Assembly (NCBI RefSeq): GCF_030028105.1
Contig: NC_092387.1
Coordinates: 23,383,590 to 23,447,589 of the forward strand
Source: Mobula birostris
Taxonomy: Eukaryota
DNA: 64,000 nt
Reading direction: 5' to 3'
A program made the position numbers and the translations under genes. The notes under the pieces are model-generated. The model did no database searches. It worked only from the letters and a program-made list of their open reading frames with translations, and was not told the DNA's origin. This document shows, piece by piece, positions 1 through 12,599 of the stretch. The number at the start of each line of letters is the position of its first letter. The stretch's first letter is position 1.

Positions 1-320
1 AACCAAATTGTATCTCTCTCTCTCCCCAATGGTACGACAACAGCGATTACTGCGAACTGCACTAAACTGAACTGAACTCTGCATCACTTAAGACTGATCG
101 TTTTATCCCTAGACTGCGATAGAGCTTGGTTGATTCCTATTACCCTAGTTCTGTGTATAAGTGTGCATTATCATTGCTAACCTGTTACATTTATATCCTT
201 ACGATTAGAGTACTGTATTACTTATTTCTTTAATAAAACTTTATTAGTTCCTAGTAATCCAGACTCCAACGAGCGTTCCATTTCTGCTGGTTTGGCAACC
301 CAGTTACGGGGTTCGTAACA
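1..320. mobile_element. Probable 3' end of an LTR or inverted-terminus repeat, truncated by the window start
   Basis: Contains AATAAA at ~232, ends in ...CAGTTACGGGGTTCGTAACA (CA terminus), and abuts a different element at 321. Family assignment is from recall only. Confidence 0.45.
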
Positions 321-700
321 AAAGCCAAGCTGTAGGTGATGAGCAGCAGTCTGACGTATGTATTGCTGTGTCCAGAGTCTGCAAGCCAAGTGGAGAGCCA
401 GTGAGATCACATCCGCTGTCAACCTGTTGAGGTAATAGGCAAATTGCATTGGGTCCAGGTCCTTCCTCGGGCAGGAGATAATTCTAGCCATGATTAATCT
501 CTCGATACGTTTTATCACAGTAGATGTTTGTGCTACTGGGTGATAGTAATTGAGGCAGCTGCTCCTGCTCTTCTTGGGTACTAGAATGGTTGATGTACTT
601 CAGGAGCAACCTCTAATTACAGCAGTGAGAAGGTGAAAGTGCCCTTGAACATTCCTACACCATCAGGGCCTGACACCATCCCCTTGATGTTGGCTTCTGA
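321..700 (-). mobile_element. Degenerate Rex1/Babar-type LINE reverse transcriptase fragment
   Basis: ORF 222..518 translates IERLIMARII...DLDPMQFAYYLNRLTADVISLALH, matching the FERLV...DPLQFAYRxNRSTxDAIxxxLH RT segment also seen in the element at 16735-18931. Confidence 0.75.
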
Positions 701-2024
701 GACAGAAATCACAGGGTCGCTAGATGCTGTGGGATTCGCACAGGTGTAGTGTTACTCTCCCTTTCAAAGTTTTCATAAGAGGCATCTGGGAGTGAAGCAT
801 CACAACCATTTATACTGTTGGAATTCGTATTGTAGAAAATAATAGCATGCAAACCCTGCCACAGCTGTCATGCATCCAATTTTTCTTTGACTTCACAGGG
901 ACTTGCCGTTTCTTTTACCAAGTTCGGATATGGCCCGAGTGTGGAGTAACAGACACTGAAGCAGGTCGATAGTTCACAAACTTTAGTGCAAACATTTTAA
1001 AGGGAAAATAAACAATAAATGCTAGGCCAGATAGGGCCATTAACTAAAACTGTCAAATGGAAAATGAAGCCTACACTGCCGCTGAAAAGAAAATCTAAAC
1101 ATTAAACGGACACCGCTAGTCTTCAGAGTCAGTTGATTCGAAAGTCCAATTTCTCAGGGAATGACCGAAAGCAAAAGGCAGCAAAGCATTGCTGTGCTCT
1201 GTCCAATTCTTGACAAGCATGGAGTTAATTACTACCATGATTAAATAATAATTAGCTGACACATGCAGATTTACAAGCGCAATTGCCGTATCTACTGCAC
1301 TGCTGAATCCGCAGTTGTGACAGTTTCACTCTCACGATGGCCTTCCGTAGTTTATACTTGGACTTTTTGTAGGTGGTGGCAGGGTCTCACAGCCCAAGGG
1401 AAGAAGCTGTTACCCAGTCTGGCAGTCCTAGTCCTGATGCTTCTGCACCTTCTTCTTAATGGTAGTGGGTCAGAGAGGTTGCGCAATAGGTGGTAGGGAT
1501 CCTCAGCAATGTTTTGGCCCCTTTGTCAGCAATGCTCAGTATGTGTCACAGATAGGGGGAGGGAGACCCCGATGATCCACTCAATAGTTTTTACTCTCTC
1601 TAGGGTCTTGCAGTCCGATGACTTGCAGCACCTGTACCACACAAGCCGGACATGACTTGGAACTTTGAGCCATTGGAGTAAGCTGACTGCAGGAGGGCTG
1701 GGGTCAATGTATTTGTGGTTACCTCTGGCTCATTGAGTAGTGCTCTGCCTTCAGAGATAAGTGTTTCCACATTCAAACCCTGCAGCTGAGTTTTGAGCCC
1801 AAAATTTAACCAGATGGCAGAGTAAGGGTTAAAGTTAGCTATACATTAAAACAGTACACTTAGCACGATATGGAGTAACTGACCCCTCTTCCACAGATGC
1901 TGCCTGATCTGTTGATATTTCCTTCATAATCTATGCCTAGTTCTGTTATCCAGATAACCATCCAGGGTTGACTGCAAGGTGGTTTGAGAATCAATGCACA
2001 GAAAGAGCAGAGCTGAATTTTCAA

Positions 2025-2157
2025 CAGGAATTCTGCAGATGCTGGAAATTCAAGCAACACACATCAAAGTTGCTGGTGAACGCAGCAGGCCAGGCAGCAT
2101 CTCTAGGAAGAGGTGCAGTCGACGTTTCAGGCCGAGACCCTTCGTCAGGACTTAGTC
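2025..2157 (-). mobile_element. 133-bp Penelope-derived mini-insertion (hammerhead motif plus 3' tail)
   Basis: Nearly identical to 45505-45634. Flanked by the 14-bp direct repeat AGCTGAATTTTCAA (2011-2024 and 2158-2171). Confidence 0.8.
2117..2152 (-). ncRNA. Minimal type I hammerhead ribozyme motif
   Basis: Minus strand reads AGTC-CTGACGA-AGG gtctcgg CCT-GAAAC-GTC^GACT: both conserved cores, stem I AGTC/GACT, stem II AGG/CCT, palindromic ACGT in stem III. Activity untested. Confidence 0.75.
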
Positions 2158-3089
2158 AGCTGAATTTTCAATTGGTTTCTCTGTTATTTTTACACCAATA
2201 TAAAATGTGCTTGCATCAATACTAGACTTGTGAAATGGATGCTGCTTCAAGGTCAAAATTGAGTTTAATGTTGTATGCATAACTACAGGAGGTGCAATGA
2301 TAAATCCGACTGGCAGCAGCATCGCAGGTATATAACATCAGATATACAATATTGACAAGAAAAAGATAAAGATTAAACTTTACACAAGTTTTATAAGAAA
2401 GGATATAATTTATAAAATCCATTGTACTACAAAGTGATCATGGTATTGCTATACTAATGTAGTGATTAGTGCTGTGCAGGGTGGTTCAAGAATGAAATTA
2501 TAGCTCCCACTATTTATGGTATATTACTCAGGCTTAACTTTAATGATGTTTGTATTCTTCAGTGAATGAAACTATGTTATACTGAGAATTCTGTCCGTGA
2601 AGGCTATTTATCTTTAAAGGTCTCAGATGCATTCCTGAGCAGATGTTTTGCCGGCTGTTTTCTTTGTGCTGATTAACTGGAGTTTGCCGGTTGTCTGTTC
2701 CATACACATCTTCCATTCCACAGGGAGTAATTCTTTCTCGTCTTATGTCATTTGTGATGCTTTTTAATCTTACACCCCACAGACCAAGTTAACAAATGAA
2801 CTTCCATTTGCATTGTGCTCTACTGTTCTGCAATGTGCGATTATAGTTCTAATTTTCTTTGCTCCCAATGGAAAAAAATGTGGCCTATGTATATTTTGCT
2901 TGATGTCACAAGCCCTGGATTTATCATGTTCCATCTGGGCTCTTCCCCAACACCTTCAGGTCGAGTTTACAGAAGAACATGCATTTTCTATTATTGGAGT
3001 CTATGAAGCATTCATTGTTTTACACAAGCTCATTGTGAACTCGCAGAACCAACCTGTTCTGATTTCTTTTATTAACTGTAAGTTATGGC

Positions 3090-3905
3090 CATGGAGCTGT
3101 ACAGCACAGAAACAGGCTCTTGGGGCTATTGTGTATACGCCAGTCTTTTTTGCCAACTATGCTAATAACACCTGCTGGCATTGGGACCATATCCTTCTGC
3201 ACCTTACCTATTTGCATGTCTGTCTAATTCCCCTGAAGCATTTCTTTATCTAATGCTACTACCTCCTCTGTTGATATGTGTCAGGTATCAACTACTGTCT
3301 GTGAAAAAGAACTGACTCTCAGATCCCTTTAAAACTCCGTCTTCTCACCTTAAACCGGTGTCCTCTTGTTTTTGGCTTCCATGCCATGGGAAAAAGGCTT
3401 CTGAATATCCCCTCTATCTTGCCCTCTCATAATCTTGTATATCATGGCAGCCTTCAGCTTCCTTCACTTCAGGGAAAACAAGCCCAGCCTATCTAATCTC
3501 TCCCCATAACTCAAGTCCTCCAAATCCGGCAGCATTTTAGTTTAACCCCGTTCTGCATTTTCTATAGTGCCATCACATTCTTCCCACAGTGAGGTGACCA
3601 GAAATGCACACAGGGCTCTTCAGAGTGGCCGACTCAATGTTTTCAAAGTAATTCCAGAGTTATACATATTTCCTGTAGGCACGTGACGAAAACTGTACAC
3701 AATATTCAAAATTAGGCCTCACCAATGTCTTACATGACTTCAAAATAACATCCCAATGCCTGTACTCAGTATTTTGATTTATGAAGGCCAGCATGCCAAA
3801 AGCTCCCCTCATGACCCGATCTAGTGTGACAGCACTTTCAAGGAACGATGGATCTGTATTCCCATATCCCTCTGTTCTACCCCCCTCCTCAGTGCCCTAC
3901 CGTTC
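3090..3905 (-). mobile_element. Degenerate CR1-type LINE 3' fragment
   Basis: Similar to the better preserved CR1 copies at 29361-30050 and 56870-57665. No open ORF. Confidence 0.6.
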
Positions 3906-3959
3906 AGTCTCGGCAGCCTCCTATGATGTTGCACATTAGAGCCTAACCTAACTGGGAAG

Positions 3960-4470
3960 ATCAGCGTCACGTTTATTATCATTAAAATATGTAGTGAAAT
4001 TCATTGTTTTATGTTAGCAGTACAATGTAAGACATGAAAAAATTACCCAGTTACCAAAAAAAAAAGCAAAAGAGGAATAACGAAATAGCGTCCATGGGTT
4101 CATGAACTGTTCAGAAATCCAGTAGCAGAGAGGAAGAAGCTGTTCCTATAATGTTGAGTGGTTTTCAGGTTCCTGAATCTCTTCCCTGACAATAGTATTG
4201 AGAAGAGGGTATTTTCTGGATAGTGAGGGTTCTTAGTGAGAGATGCTGCCATCTTGAGGCACCGCCTATACAATATGTCCTTGATAGTGGGGAGGCTTGT
4301 ATTTGTGACAGAGCTGGCTGAACTTACAACTCTCTGTAGCTCTTATGATCCTGCACAGTGGGGTCTCCATACCAGGTGGTGAAGAGCCCAGTCAGAATGC
4401 TCTCCACTGAACATCTGTAGATATTTGCAAGAATCTTTGGTGACATATATACCCATGTGGATCACAGTGA
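3960..4470 (-). mobile_element. Degenerate Rex/Babar-type LINE 3' fragment
   Basis: Resembles the reverse complement of 18250-18900 and the remnants at 37130-37500 and 59290-59700. Confidence 0.5.
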
Positions 4471-5193
4471 GAACATGCCACCTGCAGGCAGACAGCACCT
4501 GAGGCCAGAATCGAGCCCAGTTCTCCAGGGCACTGACTGCTGTTCCATCATGCCACTCTGTGTGGTGTCCTGGGAGAGGGACACGGAAGCCCAATGTTTT
4601 CGGCCCACAATGTTGTACCAACCTTTTAACCTACTCCAAGATCAATCTAATTCTTCCCGCTTGCATAACCCTCCATTTTTCTGTCACCCAATTAACCCAT
4701 CCAGTTTGTTCTAACCCATTCCACTTTGTGCTGACCATCAAGCAACTGTTTGCATCACTTTTTGTTTCATTCTTCTTGCATGACCTCGCCGCCCCCCCCC
4801 CCAGATTCTACCACTTGCTTCCTATACATGGAAACAGTTTATACTGACTAATTAACCTGTCAATCAGTGTGTCTTTGAGATACACGAGGAAACAAGCACT
4901 TGAAGGAAACCTATGTGGTCACATGGAGAACACGCACTTTTTGCTCAGATTGAGCATGAGTTTCTGGAGCTGTGAAGCAGTGGTTCTACTAGACTGATCA
5001 CTGTGCCACAATGGCAGCAGGAGCAACTTCTTTGTGATTCTTCAAGAATCAAGAATACCATGGAGCCTTTTGCATCCAAATGAGAAATGGGACCTCAGTT
5101 CAATTCCTCCTCTGAAAGGTGCCAGCTTTAAAAAAAGCAGTCATGCTCCTTTAGTACCGTGCTGGAAGATCAGCCTAGTTATAATTTGTAGGA

Positions 5194-5289
5194 GACACTG
5201 GAGATTCTGCAGATGCAGGAAATCTTAAGCAACATCTATGTAGACACTGCCTGATCTGCTGAGTTTCTCTGGCATTTTGTGTGGGTTGC
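5194..5289. mobile_element. Old miniature head-to-head pair of Penelope 3' tails
   Basis: Minus-oriented tail (GATTCTGCAGATGCAGGAAATC...) followed by a plus-oriented tail (...CTGCCTGATCTGCTGAGTTTCTCTGGCATTTTGTGTG). Flanks 5179-5193 and 5290-5304 match at 12/15. Confidence 0.5.
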
Positions 5290-6444
5290 TTACAATTTCT
5301 AAGAGTCAGCTGTCCTAGAACATAACAGTACAGCACTGCAACAGGCTCTTCGGCCCACAATGTCTATGCTGACCACCCCGCTGAATTGGACTAAATCCCT
5401 TCTGACTCCACAAGATCCATTTCCTGCTTATACATATGTCTATCTAACAGCCACATAAACACCACTATCGTATCTGTTTCCACCACTACCCCAGCAACCC
5501 TTTTCAGGCACCTACCGAAGGTCCTTCATTGATAAGTTCAAACAGGAAAGTTGCATCCAAGTTGTCTACACAAGCCAGTACTCAAGCCAGGGCAGTATGT
5601 TATGGAGAGCAAGCTGTTGCCTGTTAGAATGATCTTTGGGGTTGGGACATGTAGCACATAACCTTAACAGATGTCAGCCACTAGCCTTTAGATTTGAATA
5701 TGAATTGTGGATTAAGTCTAAAATGCAGCCCTGAACAAGGGATTCCTAAGAACCGTGAACCAAGTTAAGAAGAGAACATGCATACTTATTTAAATTTGTT
5801 ACTTGTGTGTCTTTAGGTGTCTACAATATAGGTGTGACCAGGAAGGTGGGGCGATCCAGGCATTTGAAACTGTTACATGTAGTTCAAAGGAAGCATTGTA
5901 AATATGGATTTGTTTGAATTGGCCCAAATTTTACTTTGATTTTTAGCAAATAAGTTTAATGCGGTGTTGGGTCAAGCAGACCTCTTGCTCCGAACATCAG
6001 TCAGTCTCTGTCTGTCTGTCTGTCTCTTTCCCTCTCTCTCCCCCTTTCCCTCTCCCTCTCTCTCCTTCTCCCTTCCTCCCCATCCCCCTCTCCCCCACTT
6101 CCGAAGGCTGTCAGCGTATTGTGATATTTTCTCGAATAAAGGGACTGCTTCATATCTATCAGTACTTTTCACCAGTGACTTCACTCACACACAACATTGC
6201 CCAAGCAGCAGGCTCCCCCTCTCCATGCAGCTGAGGAATGGCAGGGAACGATACATTTTGGTACCGACAGCGTCGCAGGAGTTGCCAGTTAGTGTTGAAC
6301 TCAACAAGGCAGCGGAGGTTTGAGAGGAGTTGAGTTTGAGATGAGTTTTCCTTCTCCTAGCTGTGCTGCCAACTGTGGCTGACGAGCCCCATCTGCCTGA
6401 AGCGGCTGGTTTTAAGGCGCCCGTAACCTGCCTTTGCCCTTTTT

Positions 6445-7377
6445 CCTTGTCATGTCACTCCATAAACCAATCAAAGGAGAAGCACAGGAGCCAGGGATAC
6501 TCCCGTTCTTAGTTTTCTTTTCGTGAGGGTCTCACATATGACATGGTGTCATAATGACGTACGCTGTTCACATACTTTTACATATAAACCACAATGAATT
6601 ATCTAAACAAAGCATGCTTATTGAAATAATATGTTTACAATATTACTCAAATATCACTGAAATAGTAAACACACTATACTCCTCCCTGCTTTGCTATAAA
6701 CTCCAACTCAATACAGAATGCATCTCAACTCAAATATGTAATGTGTCACTCTGTAGTCATCTTATATATACTGTTCGATACTGTGTGTGTATTAGATTAG
6801 ATTAGATTATGAGGGCACTTAGTCCTCATTTATTGTCATTTAGAAATGCATGCATGCATTACGAAATGATATAATGTTCCTCCAGAGTGATATCACACAA
6901 AAACATGACAAATCAAAGACTAACACTGACAGAACCATATAATTATAACATATAGTTACAGTAGTGCAAAACAATCCCATAATTTGATAAAGAACAGACC
7001 ATGGGCATGGTAAAAAAAGAAGTCTCAAGTCCCGATGGACTCCTATAGTCCCTGATAGCAGGCGGCAAAAAGGGAGAAGCTCCCCTGCCATAAACCTCCA
7101 GGCTCCGACAACTGACAACTGCTGATGCATTGGAAGCACCCGACCACAGCCAACTGAGTGCATCCGAAAACTTCGAGCCTCCGACCAGCCCCTCCGATAC
7201 AGTCTCCCCAGCCCCATCCTCTGCCGAGCGCCTTCGACCTCGTCCCGGCCGCCAAAACAAGCAAAGCCGAGGACTCAGAGGCCTACTCCTCTGGAGATTC
7301 CAGACCACACAGTAGCAGCAGCAGCAAAGTGGGCATTTCAGAAGTTTCTCCAGATGTTCCTTCGCGCTCTTACGTGT

Positions 7378-7425
<48 letters not shown>

Positions 7426-7935
7426 CACTATATAATATAACTACTATATCCACAGCATAATAAATTTTAAATTGTCCCAATCAGGCCTTAAGGTTTAGTC
7501 GCTGTGGAGTATTTCTTACTCTTGCAGGATAATGTCTTTCCTGACTGGGGTGGGGGGGCATTGAGGGGGTCACTCTGCTTGGTAGGTGAGACTTCTGGCT
7601 GTAAAGTTATCCCTGGTTATGGGGTGTTCTTCATGGTGGTTGTAGGAGTTGACTCTTGGCCTGCGGGAAGTGGTTCTGACATCTTTCTTCTCTGACAATT
7701 CACCCCAAAACATGAAACTAATCGAAAGATAAACATGGGGAGACTGGGACAAACATGTACTCTTTGCCTTTACGTTTAGCAGGTGCACACTAATGACATA
7801 GTGGCGTAATGACACGTGCCATTCACATACTTCTAAAATATAAATTGTAATAAATTATGTAAACAAAGAATGCTTAATTAACCATATATTTACAATAGAA
7901 ATATTACGTAAATATTCAATACAAATACACTACAC
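6445..7935 (-). mobile_element. LTR retrotransposon remnant: two diverged LTR-like segments around an interrupted 3' internal region
   Basis: 6535-6678 and 7790-7935 are homologous. A minus-strand polypurine tract (AGCAGGGAGGAG) precedes the first LTR. The internal part is interrupted by a different repeat (~6790-7380). Gypsy assignment is tentative. Confidence 0.5.
7382..7422. repeat. (AC)n microsatellite
   Basis: About 20 uninterrupted AC units. Confidence 0.95.
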
Positions 7936-8904
7936 TTCTGTCAGTAGAAACGTTTCTGCTGGGCTTAGCAGCTGAGCCACACGTGTGAAGTCCGGGGCTG
8001 GACTTGGTTGTCAGAGGCTCTTTGGGACACATGCCACTGGGAGCATTTAATGGGTAGTGAGAGTTTATCCCCATTACCACCCCGGCTATAATAACTGTAA
8101 GGAACGAGGCACCTACTACTCTCAGTGTAAATAAAACTTTACCCTGCACATTTGTTTTAAGCTTTTGCTCCCTTGCTTTTAATGAATATTCTCCCGTATC
8201 TTGGGAAAAAGATTCTGAGAGTCCACCCAATCTATGCCTCCTGCAATTTTATAAACAATTCTTCCTTTAGCCTCTGACACTTCGGAGAAAACAGCCCAAT
8301 GTTGTCTACCCTCTCTATATAGCTCATTTCCCTGCGGAAAATGTGTCTGCTTCCCTGTTGTGATTTATATATTGACAGAGTTTCAGCAAGCAGGTCGCTT
8401 CTCATCACTGTGGCAGGTGATATTGGGGTTTCGTGAAGGATTTTCCATTACAAACTCTTGTCAGGAAGCTGGCATAAGATTGGAAGACAAAATGATGTTG
8501 GGGGGGTGGTGGTTAAATGCTTTCATTTACATTAATTATTAAACTAATGAATGTCTCTCTTCAGAAGAGAAAAGCAGAACATGGTCCAAAAGAGCAGGAG
8601 GTCCAGTATGAAGGCAAATAACCTTTGTTAGCAGGAACCTAACCAGCGACTATTCCTGAGCTGGCTATCTGTGTGATCAGCATTAATGTTTGGTACTTAA
8701 AGTATTTGCTTTCCTTAAAGAAACAACAATGCAATTGGTACACTTATGAGCTGAGACTTTAATACTGGTCTGTGTTCTTCTGTGGGTTACAAGCACCCAA
8801 TTTCTTGGCATGCTGCGTATAAGTGATCTTCCATAACATCATGAAATTTGGAATTCCAAAGTTAATATGTATGTTTGTTTCTGCTATGGCTGAAATAGAT
8901 TCCT

Positions 8905-9305
8905 CGCTCCCTCTGTCTCTCCCTCCCTCTCTGTCTCCCTCTCTCCCTCCCCCTTTCCTGCTCCTTCTCACTCCCTCCCTCTCCTTCCCTCTCCCTGTCT
9001 CCCTCCCTCTCCCCTTCCCACTCCCTCCCTCCCTCCTTTTCCCTACCTCTCCCTCCCTCTGTCCCTCTCCCTCCCGCTCTCACTCCCTCTCCCTCTCCCT
9101 TCCTCTTTCCCTCTCTCTTTTTCCCTCTTGCTCTCTCTCCCTCTCCCTCCCTCGCCCCCTCTCCCTCCATCTTTCTCCCTTCCTTGCTCTCCTATTCTCT
9201 TCTTCCTCGGTCTCCCTCTGTCTTATCTCTTACTCCCTGTCTCACTCACCCTCTTGTGCTCTCTCCCTCTCTCTCTCTCTCACTCTCTCTTGCTTGTCCC
9301 TCCCC
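8905..9305. repeat. CT-rich low-complexity polypyrimidine tract
   Basis: Degenerate (CT)n/(CCCT)n. Explains the L/S/P-rich ORFs 8823..9419 and 9128..9313. Confidence 0.9.
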
Positions 9306-10559
9306 CACTTTAGTACACTTTTCGTAGTTCCTATTTCTTATCAGTATTTATTGTTTCTGTTTTTGCACTATTTTAAATGTAACTATTTAATATACATATA
9401 CAGTATATACTTATTGTAATTTATTTACTTAACTGTTCTATATTATCATGTCTTGCATTGCACTGCTGCCGCTGTTAACAAATCTCACAACATATGCTGG
9501 TGATATCAAACCTGATTCTGATGATGTCCCTTTTATGTCATTCGTGATAATATTGTAGAGCTAGAGTGATTATTGTTTACTTTCTGACTTACAGAGACAA
9601 TCAACCTAAGGACATGAGTAAAATCAGAATTGTTAGTGGGGGATAGCCTATATTATCAGATATTAAAGAGGTCTTCAGGATAGATTTTAATTGGCTGTGA
9701 TGGAGTTTAGGAGAGGGCAGATAAAAATTAAGAAGGAACTTTGAGGATTATTTCCTTGCCACAAACCTGATATAAAGAAAAACAGAGTGTTGGAAAGGCT
9801 CATCAAGATTGTGCTGAGTATGCATAAATTATTGGTATTAGTATTTTGTTGTTACATGCACCCAGATACAGTGAAAAGCTTGTCTTTCACACTGTTTATA
9901 CTGATCACATCATCGCACCGTGCATAAGGTGAAATATTAACAATGCAGAATAAAGTTTAGAAGCTGCAACGGAAGTGCAGGTAAACAATAAGGTGCAAGA
10001 TCATATCGAGGTAGATTGTGAGGCCGAGAGTCCATTTTATTTTACGAGAGATCCATTCATGTGTCTGATAACAGGAAGGTAGAAGTTGTCTGTGAGCCTG
10101 GTGGTATGTGCTTTCAGGCTTTTGTACCTTCTGCCCAATGGGCGAGGCAAGAAGAGGGAATGACTGGGGTGGGTGTGGCCTCTCATTATGTTGGCTGCTT
10201 AACTGAGGCACTGAAAGGTTTAAACAGAGTCCATAGAAGGGAGGCTGGTTCCTGTGATACTCCAACCCTCCCTACCGTCCCTGGCACTCCTTCTCTGCCC
10301 CCTGTCTCACACCCCTGCTGTGGTGCTCCACCATTACCTTTCCCAACATCCTTGCTCCTGCCAGATTTACAAACTCTCTCTCCGCTTCATGTTGACAAAT
10401 GCAGTACTGTGCAAAAGTCTTAGGTACCCTAGCAATATATATGTGCTGAAGACTTTTGTACAGTACTGTAAGGAAATGAATAATATTGAGAACATGGTTG
10501 TAAATTCCTTGAGAATATGTCCATATGTGTGGAAGCAGTTTAGTGTTGAGGTGAGTCAA

Positions 10560-11100
10560 GTTGCCCTCACTGGGAAACTGTCAGGCTGCCTCTGGAGTTC
10601 TGCATTCAATTCTGATTGCCCCATTGTGTGGAAGCTGTGCCGAGGGGACAGAAGAGGTTTAACAGGATGCTGCCAGCATTAGAGTGCATTTGCCAGAGGA
10701 AGGGTTGCACAAACATGGGCTGAGGTGAGACCTGACAGAAGTTTAAAAGATTAAGAGAGGCATATATAGAGTAGATAGCAAGTCTCTTTATCCCATGGTC
10801 AAAATATCTAAAGCTCGAGGGCATACATTTAAGGTGAGAGGGGGAAAATTCAAAGGAGATGTGCGGACCACAGTCCTTTACACAGAGGGTGGTGAGTGTC
10901 CTGAATATGCTGCCAGGGTGGTAGTGGAGGCAAATGTGACACAAGTGTTTACGAGGCTCTTAGATAGGCAGATGAATATGCAGGAGGCATATGGACATTG
11001 TGCAGGCGGAAACCTGTTATAGTTTAGTTGGGTATTTAATAACTAGTTTAATGAGTTCAGCATAACATCGTGGGCTGAAGGGCATGTTCCTGCGCAGTAT
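10560..11100 (+). mobile_element. Degenerate CR1-type LINE 3' end
   Basis: Translations such as RGHTFKVRGGKFKGDVR match the CR1 ORF2 C-terminal segment, followed by a CR1-like 3' UTR. Confidence 0.7.
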
Positions 11101-11174
11101 TCTTATCACTATGTCTCACACTTGAAGATACAGTCAGCTGACTTCACATACTTATTCACTTTGATTTCTTCCAG

Positions 11175-11525
11175 GAGCTTTGGAGATCCAAGTTCCCGAA
11201 TTTCCTGTGATTGCCAGATATGGGAAGGATGTCACCCTGAACTGCTCTTTCACAGCGGAGGGCAACTTTTCCCTCAGTGACCTCAGTGTCATATGGCAGC
11301 TGACCGAGACTCGAACCATGGTGCACACCTTCTCCCACCAACAGAACACGCAGAGCGACCAGGAAGACAGCTTTGTGAACAGGACAGCCCTCTTCCTGGA
11401 GGAGCTGGACAAAGGGAATGCCTCCTTACTCCTGAGGCACGTGAGGATTGAGGATGAAGGCAGCTTCACCTGCTTTGTTCGAATTAAAGACCACAACAGC
11501 GCTCCCATCATGCTCCAACTCGCAG
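11175..11525 (+). CDS. CD276: CD276 (B7-H3)-like IgV domain exon, 351 bp, phase 1/1
   Basis: Acceptor ttgatttcttccag, donor G|gtacc. Encodes (G)ALEIQVPE...VTLNCSF...LSVIWQLTET...NRTALF...GNASLLL...DEGSFTCFV, which parallels recalled human CD276 GALEVQVPE...TLCCSF...LNLIWQLTDT...NRTALF...GNASLRL...DEGSFTCFV. Confidence 0.92.
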
Positions 11526-11649
11526 GTACCCTGTTGTTCATTAGAACAATTTACTGACCTCGATCAGTTCCCAACCAACCATTCTTATTCTTGCTTTCAT
11601 CACTAGCCCATGCTTTTTAATTCAAGAGTATATTTTTATCATTGAAGTA

Positions 11650-12189
11650 CCCTCAGTGGCCACTTTATTAGGCACACCTCTACACCTGCTCATGAGTGCT
11701 GATATCGAATCAGCCAATCATGTGGGTACATCCCAATGCATAAAAGCACGCAGTCATGGTCACGAAGTTCACTTGTTGTTCAGACCAAATATCAGAAAGG
11801 GGAAGAAATGTGATCTAAATTACCTTGACCGTGGAATGATGGTTGATGCCAGTTTGAGTATCTCAGAATCTGCTGATCTCCTGGGATTTTCACGCACAGC
11901 AGTCTCTAGAGTTTACAGAGAACGGTGTGAAAAACTAAAAAAAGACAATCCAGTGAGTGGCTGTTCTGTGGACGAAAGTGCCTTGTCAATGAGTGAGGTT
12001 AAATGAGAATTGCCAGACTGTTTCAAACTGACAGGAAGGCGACAGTAACTCAAATAACCACGTGTTACAACAGTGGTGTGCAGAAGACCATCCCTGAATG
12101 CACAACACGTCGAAGCTTGAAGTGGGTGGGCTACAGCAGCAGAAGATCACAAGTGTACTGGAGGTACAAAATTAAGAGGCCACTGAGTG
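11650..12189 (+). mobile_element. Tc1-like DNA transposon, internally deleted non-autonomous copy
   Basis: Terminal inverted repeats C(C)CTCAGTGGCCACTTTATTAGG / ...AAGAGGCCACTGAGTG, preceded by TA. Encodes only the N-terminal transposase HTH region (KKCDL...RGMMV...SISESADLLGFSRTAVSRVYRE). Confidence 0.85.
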
Positions 12190-12599
12190 TGTACACAGGA
12201 AATGCAAGACAATCAGTGCGTATCAGTGCACAGATTAATTTTATCATCAAATCAATACATTCTATATACACGTGTGCTTCCATTTCATTGCATCCACTAA
12301 GCGTTTGAGAGGCTGTCACACAGGACCCAACAACCTCCCCACCCCAGTGCCCAGTCATGGCAGGATCCTAGACTGTAGTCCTTCCTCACAGATTCCCTGC
12401 TTTGGCTACACCAGGTGTCAGTGCTTTCCTGCTCAGCACGTGCTCTTGCCGGGACCAGTCCTTTATCAGATCAGATTAGTTTATCTTCATATGCACGAGG
12501 ATGCAATAAAGCTCCTAGCTGTGAAGTTCCCAGATTAAACAAGTACATGTTATCAATAAGTACAGTGATAAGTGCAAAACAATAATACAAACTTTAGCT

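Noticed and set aside
2643-2726. Hydrophobic DVLPAVFFVLINWSLPVVCS... as a leader exon
   Set aside because: An in-frame TGA separates it from the upstream ATG, and the splice signals are weak.
8841-8868. Signal-peptide-like MKFGIPKLICMFVSAMA as the CD276 leader exon
   Set aside because: The nearby donor (T|gtatgt) would join T to GA of the IgV exon and form TGA. No suitable donor follows the full hydrophobic stretch.
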